64,000 bases of DNA from Microthyrium microscopicum (lineage: Eukaryota): positions 1 through 64,000 of the forward strand of contig MU004231.1 in NCBI GenBank assembly GCA_010405405.1, in the 5' to 3' direction. The notes under the pieces are model-generated. The model was not told the DNA's origin and did no database searches. It saw nothing but the letters and a program-made list of their open reading frames with translations. Positions 61,282 through 64,000 of the stretch are shown here, in pieces (the stretch's first letter is position 1; each line of letters starts with the position of its first letter). Position numbers and translations under genes: made by a program.

Positions 61282-63644
61282 ATTTGATAGTTATATTAGA
61301 CTGAGATTGTCTTGTAATTGGTGATTGGTGTTGTAGTCAAGGAATGTTGTTCTGATGTTGAGAATGTTGTTGATGATGTTTGAATTCGAAGGAAGAGACT
61401 GAGGCTTCTTATACCCATCAAGCTCACAAGATAACATTCGAGTTCAGATTTAGACGAGAATACACATGCGGCAGCTTACCTTGTCGGGCCCTGCCTATCA
61501 AACCCGGCTCCGCAGGAATCTCAGTTTGAAGTCGCGTCCAAATCCGATCATCAGTAAAGCTGTGGTGGCACATGGCGTTATTCAAACACATCGGCCCCGC
61601 TACATGAGGGTTCCGTGTAAGCTCAATTGACAGGTTGTGGCACGTCAGATACTGCATTGGCGTGATTGGCAAGCTCTGCCACTGCAAGACGCGAGAATGT
61701 TATCTCAGAAGCTCTCATACGCGACATTGATGGCCCAGATCTTACATCAGGAGCATTGGAGGATCATGTGTACCACGTCAATAGAGTCCTGGGCCTGAAG
61801 TTAAGCATAGCCGCTTTGATAGTCTCCAGAAATTCTTGTCGTCTTCAGCGGAGAGCCGTAGAAGACAACCGGGGTCTCGGGATATTGAGCTGCCTCCACA
61901 CATGTAGTGCCTCGAAAGGAGGCTCAGCAACTTCTGGGATACGCGTCGGGAAATTTCTAAGAAAAGAACGCGCCTAAACGTCGGTTGCCTGAAGGCTTTA
62001 CATAGCGAGTCTAGCTTGTTCAATTCAGTCGATGAATGGCGACGATCATGAGCGTAGAAACAGTGCAGAACTTTGGTTCGTGCAAAAGAAAGGGTTGGAG
62101 GTGGAAGGTTTCAGGTGGAGCAAATTCGTGGCTGACATCAGACGTCTTTGGTGAGAATCAGGGGCTTGATAACGCAGTGATGTACAGCAAATCTTTCCAT
62201 CATTCCATATTTTATTTTAGAGCACCATTTCTTCCTCAAACATTCGCCAAAGAAAACGATCGACTTGGTGACAATTCGATTCCAGTATTTCCAAGAACCG
62301 TCCCCCGTCATACCATCGTAACAAGCTCATCAAAACAAGCTCTCATACTTCAAGTTTATTTTGCAGATGTCACAACTCCAAATTGTTCCCAAAAGTTGAT
62401 CATCATCATTATGTAGAATATGTTCGCACAGTTACGATTGTTGTAGTTGTGAAGGACTATTCAGCCTTTCTCCGGGAAAGATGATAGCATAGTATCGTCC
62501 CAATAGAACCAAGCGCCGTTGCGCGGGAATATACATTGAATCTATGAGGACGTACTTCCGTACGTATTCTTTACTTCTCGTGTTCATTCGAGTCTTGTTG
62601 ATTCCTGCACAATCTTTCTGATGGCGCATCGGTATGGATATATCATAGCAGGTAGGGTAAGCAATATAAACGGACCAAATGACTTGCTAACAACAAAGAT
62701 TCTTCTTCAATCAAGCAAGAGCGCACTGAAATCCTTGAAAGTCATTGAAGTCTCTTGCAACATGAACAACCATTAATCATAATGCCCCGACTAGTTTCGA
62801 CACTGAGAGACAATTCAACTGATAATGCTGTTACAAATCTTCCGAAAAATGAACTGCCAATTCCAGATGCCCACGGTCTTATTTATGGTACATTAAGGCC
62901 CTAGCTTTCTACTCACGAAAGTGGGTGGTCTTCCAAGCTACAAAGCCATATATCACATACAACGCTAAGTCCATTTGATCCCATTGTACCATGAAGGCCT
63001 GTAATTCATTAAGCATTCACTGTCCTGTTGCCTCTGCCAATTGAGAAGTCTCGTCAACAAATCCTATAATGATATGAGCAAATATCTGCTTGCGAGTGCC
63101 ACATAACCTATGGTAAATGAAATGGTGTCCATCATTACAAAACTCGCATTCGGAATTCCCATTGCTTTACCAGTACGCGGGAAGGATATTGAGGTTCCTA
63201 TTTAGCCAACACTCCTATGCAAAGAACATCGCCTCCCATCAGGGGTATGTTCCAATGAAAATAACTAAATGGTAAGCTTGGACACGATTTATGAGCCACT
63301 GTGTTCCTATCATCGTCTTGTGATTTCACCCCCATGCAATTCGATCGAATATGTAGTATAATCCTAGAATCATAGCTTCCTTGAGCAATGAGTTTAGTAA
63401 CTAATGATACTACTCTGAGGTGTTCAGGGGCCAATAAAGCTCTGAAATGCCTGCAAATTGGCAGATCTGGGTCCGTACAGCGATGTGACATGTCAAATCT
63501 ATGGTCATAGTGTGATAACGGTGATTGCCTATTTGACGAGCTCCTGCGGAAGATTATTTAGTCTACATCTTGCCATATGCTCGTAATTCCGCGTCTTGTA
63601 ATGCAATTGTTGATTCATTTGCATTGGTTGCGGGTTTCTCCACA

Positions 63645-64000
63645 ATGCGGTTCTCCATATTCATAAGATTGGCGTGCTTGCTGTGTAATTGTCATATTAC
63701 CAGTAAGTTTACTGGAAGTCACCCTTATACAATCGGGCCATTTGACGCTAACATGAAGTCTAACAACAGATGCCGCTTCCTATGAATCTCCCGCCCCTGG
63801 CGCATTGGCTGCTAGTTTTGAGCCACATCAGACAAAATCCGTCGTCAATACGGTCATCCTAGATGTTGCGCCCACGCCAATACCGCGAGAACTACAGGCA
63901 AGGAGCCCGCAGAGAGGGAAGGGTATGGCATGGGGGAAAGGACGAGGTCCGCCGTGGGGCGCAGGTCCTCCTCCCTGGGTACGAGGAGGTGAGTAATTCT
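63645..64000 (+). CDS. 5' part of a probable secreted protein, truncated by window end
   Basis: MRFSIFIRLACLLCNCHIT|NAASYESP…GPPWGAGPPPWVRG; intron 63703-63769 (GTAAGT…CTAAC…CAG); next donor GTGAGT at 63989. Confidence 0.6.

Noticed and set aside
61620..62050. Possible gene relic on the - strand
   Set aside because: Protein-like stretches are short, interrupted by stops and resemble no family I recognise.
1..64000. tRNA, rRNA or snRNA genes
   Set aside because: No convincing cloverleaf/T-loop context or rRNA signature seen by eye; tRNAscan-SE/Infernal would be needed to exclude them.

Overview
Left end of a chromosome from a filamentous ascomycete (short GT-AG introns with CTAAC branch sites). 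The window opens with about 14 (AACCCT)n telomere units. About 19.6 kb of subtelomere follows with no recognisable intact gene: short repeat mosaics, internal duplications, stop-riddled gene relics, a family of ~165-bp hairpins and a 554-bp foldback/MITE-like element. From 20 to 37 kb lie two enzyme genes (rhamnogalacturonase, MDR oxidoreductase) and compact housekeeping genes (GTR1, WW-domain protein, Yar1-like, PQ-loop, SWA2, annexin, cut9/CDC16, YJU2). An accessory-looking block at 37-57 kb holds an ABCB transporter, a divergent Zn2Cys6 factor with an apparent frameshift, a full-length nitric oxide synthase-like gene, a HET protein, a Pth11-like membrane protein and an APH-family kinase. 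The end carries MORG1-like, UPF0047, cutinase, a cysteine-free thioredoxin-fold gene and the start of a secreted protein. The most notable item is the NOS-like gene: it has oxygenase, flavodoxin and FAD/NADPH domains, an animal-type Cx4C zinc motif and an altered substrate pocket. It shares an identical CGG-rich 13-mer with the ABC/TF divergent promoter, suggesting a co-regulated TF-NOS-exporter module. All calls are from manual reading; no searches were run.
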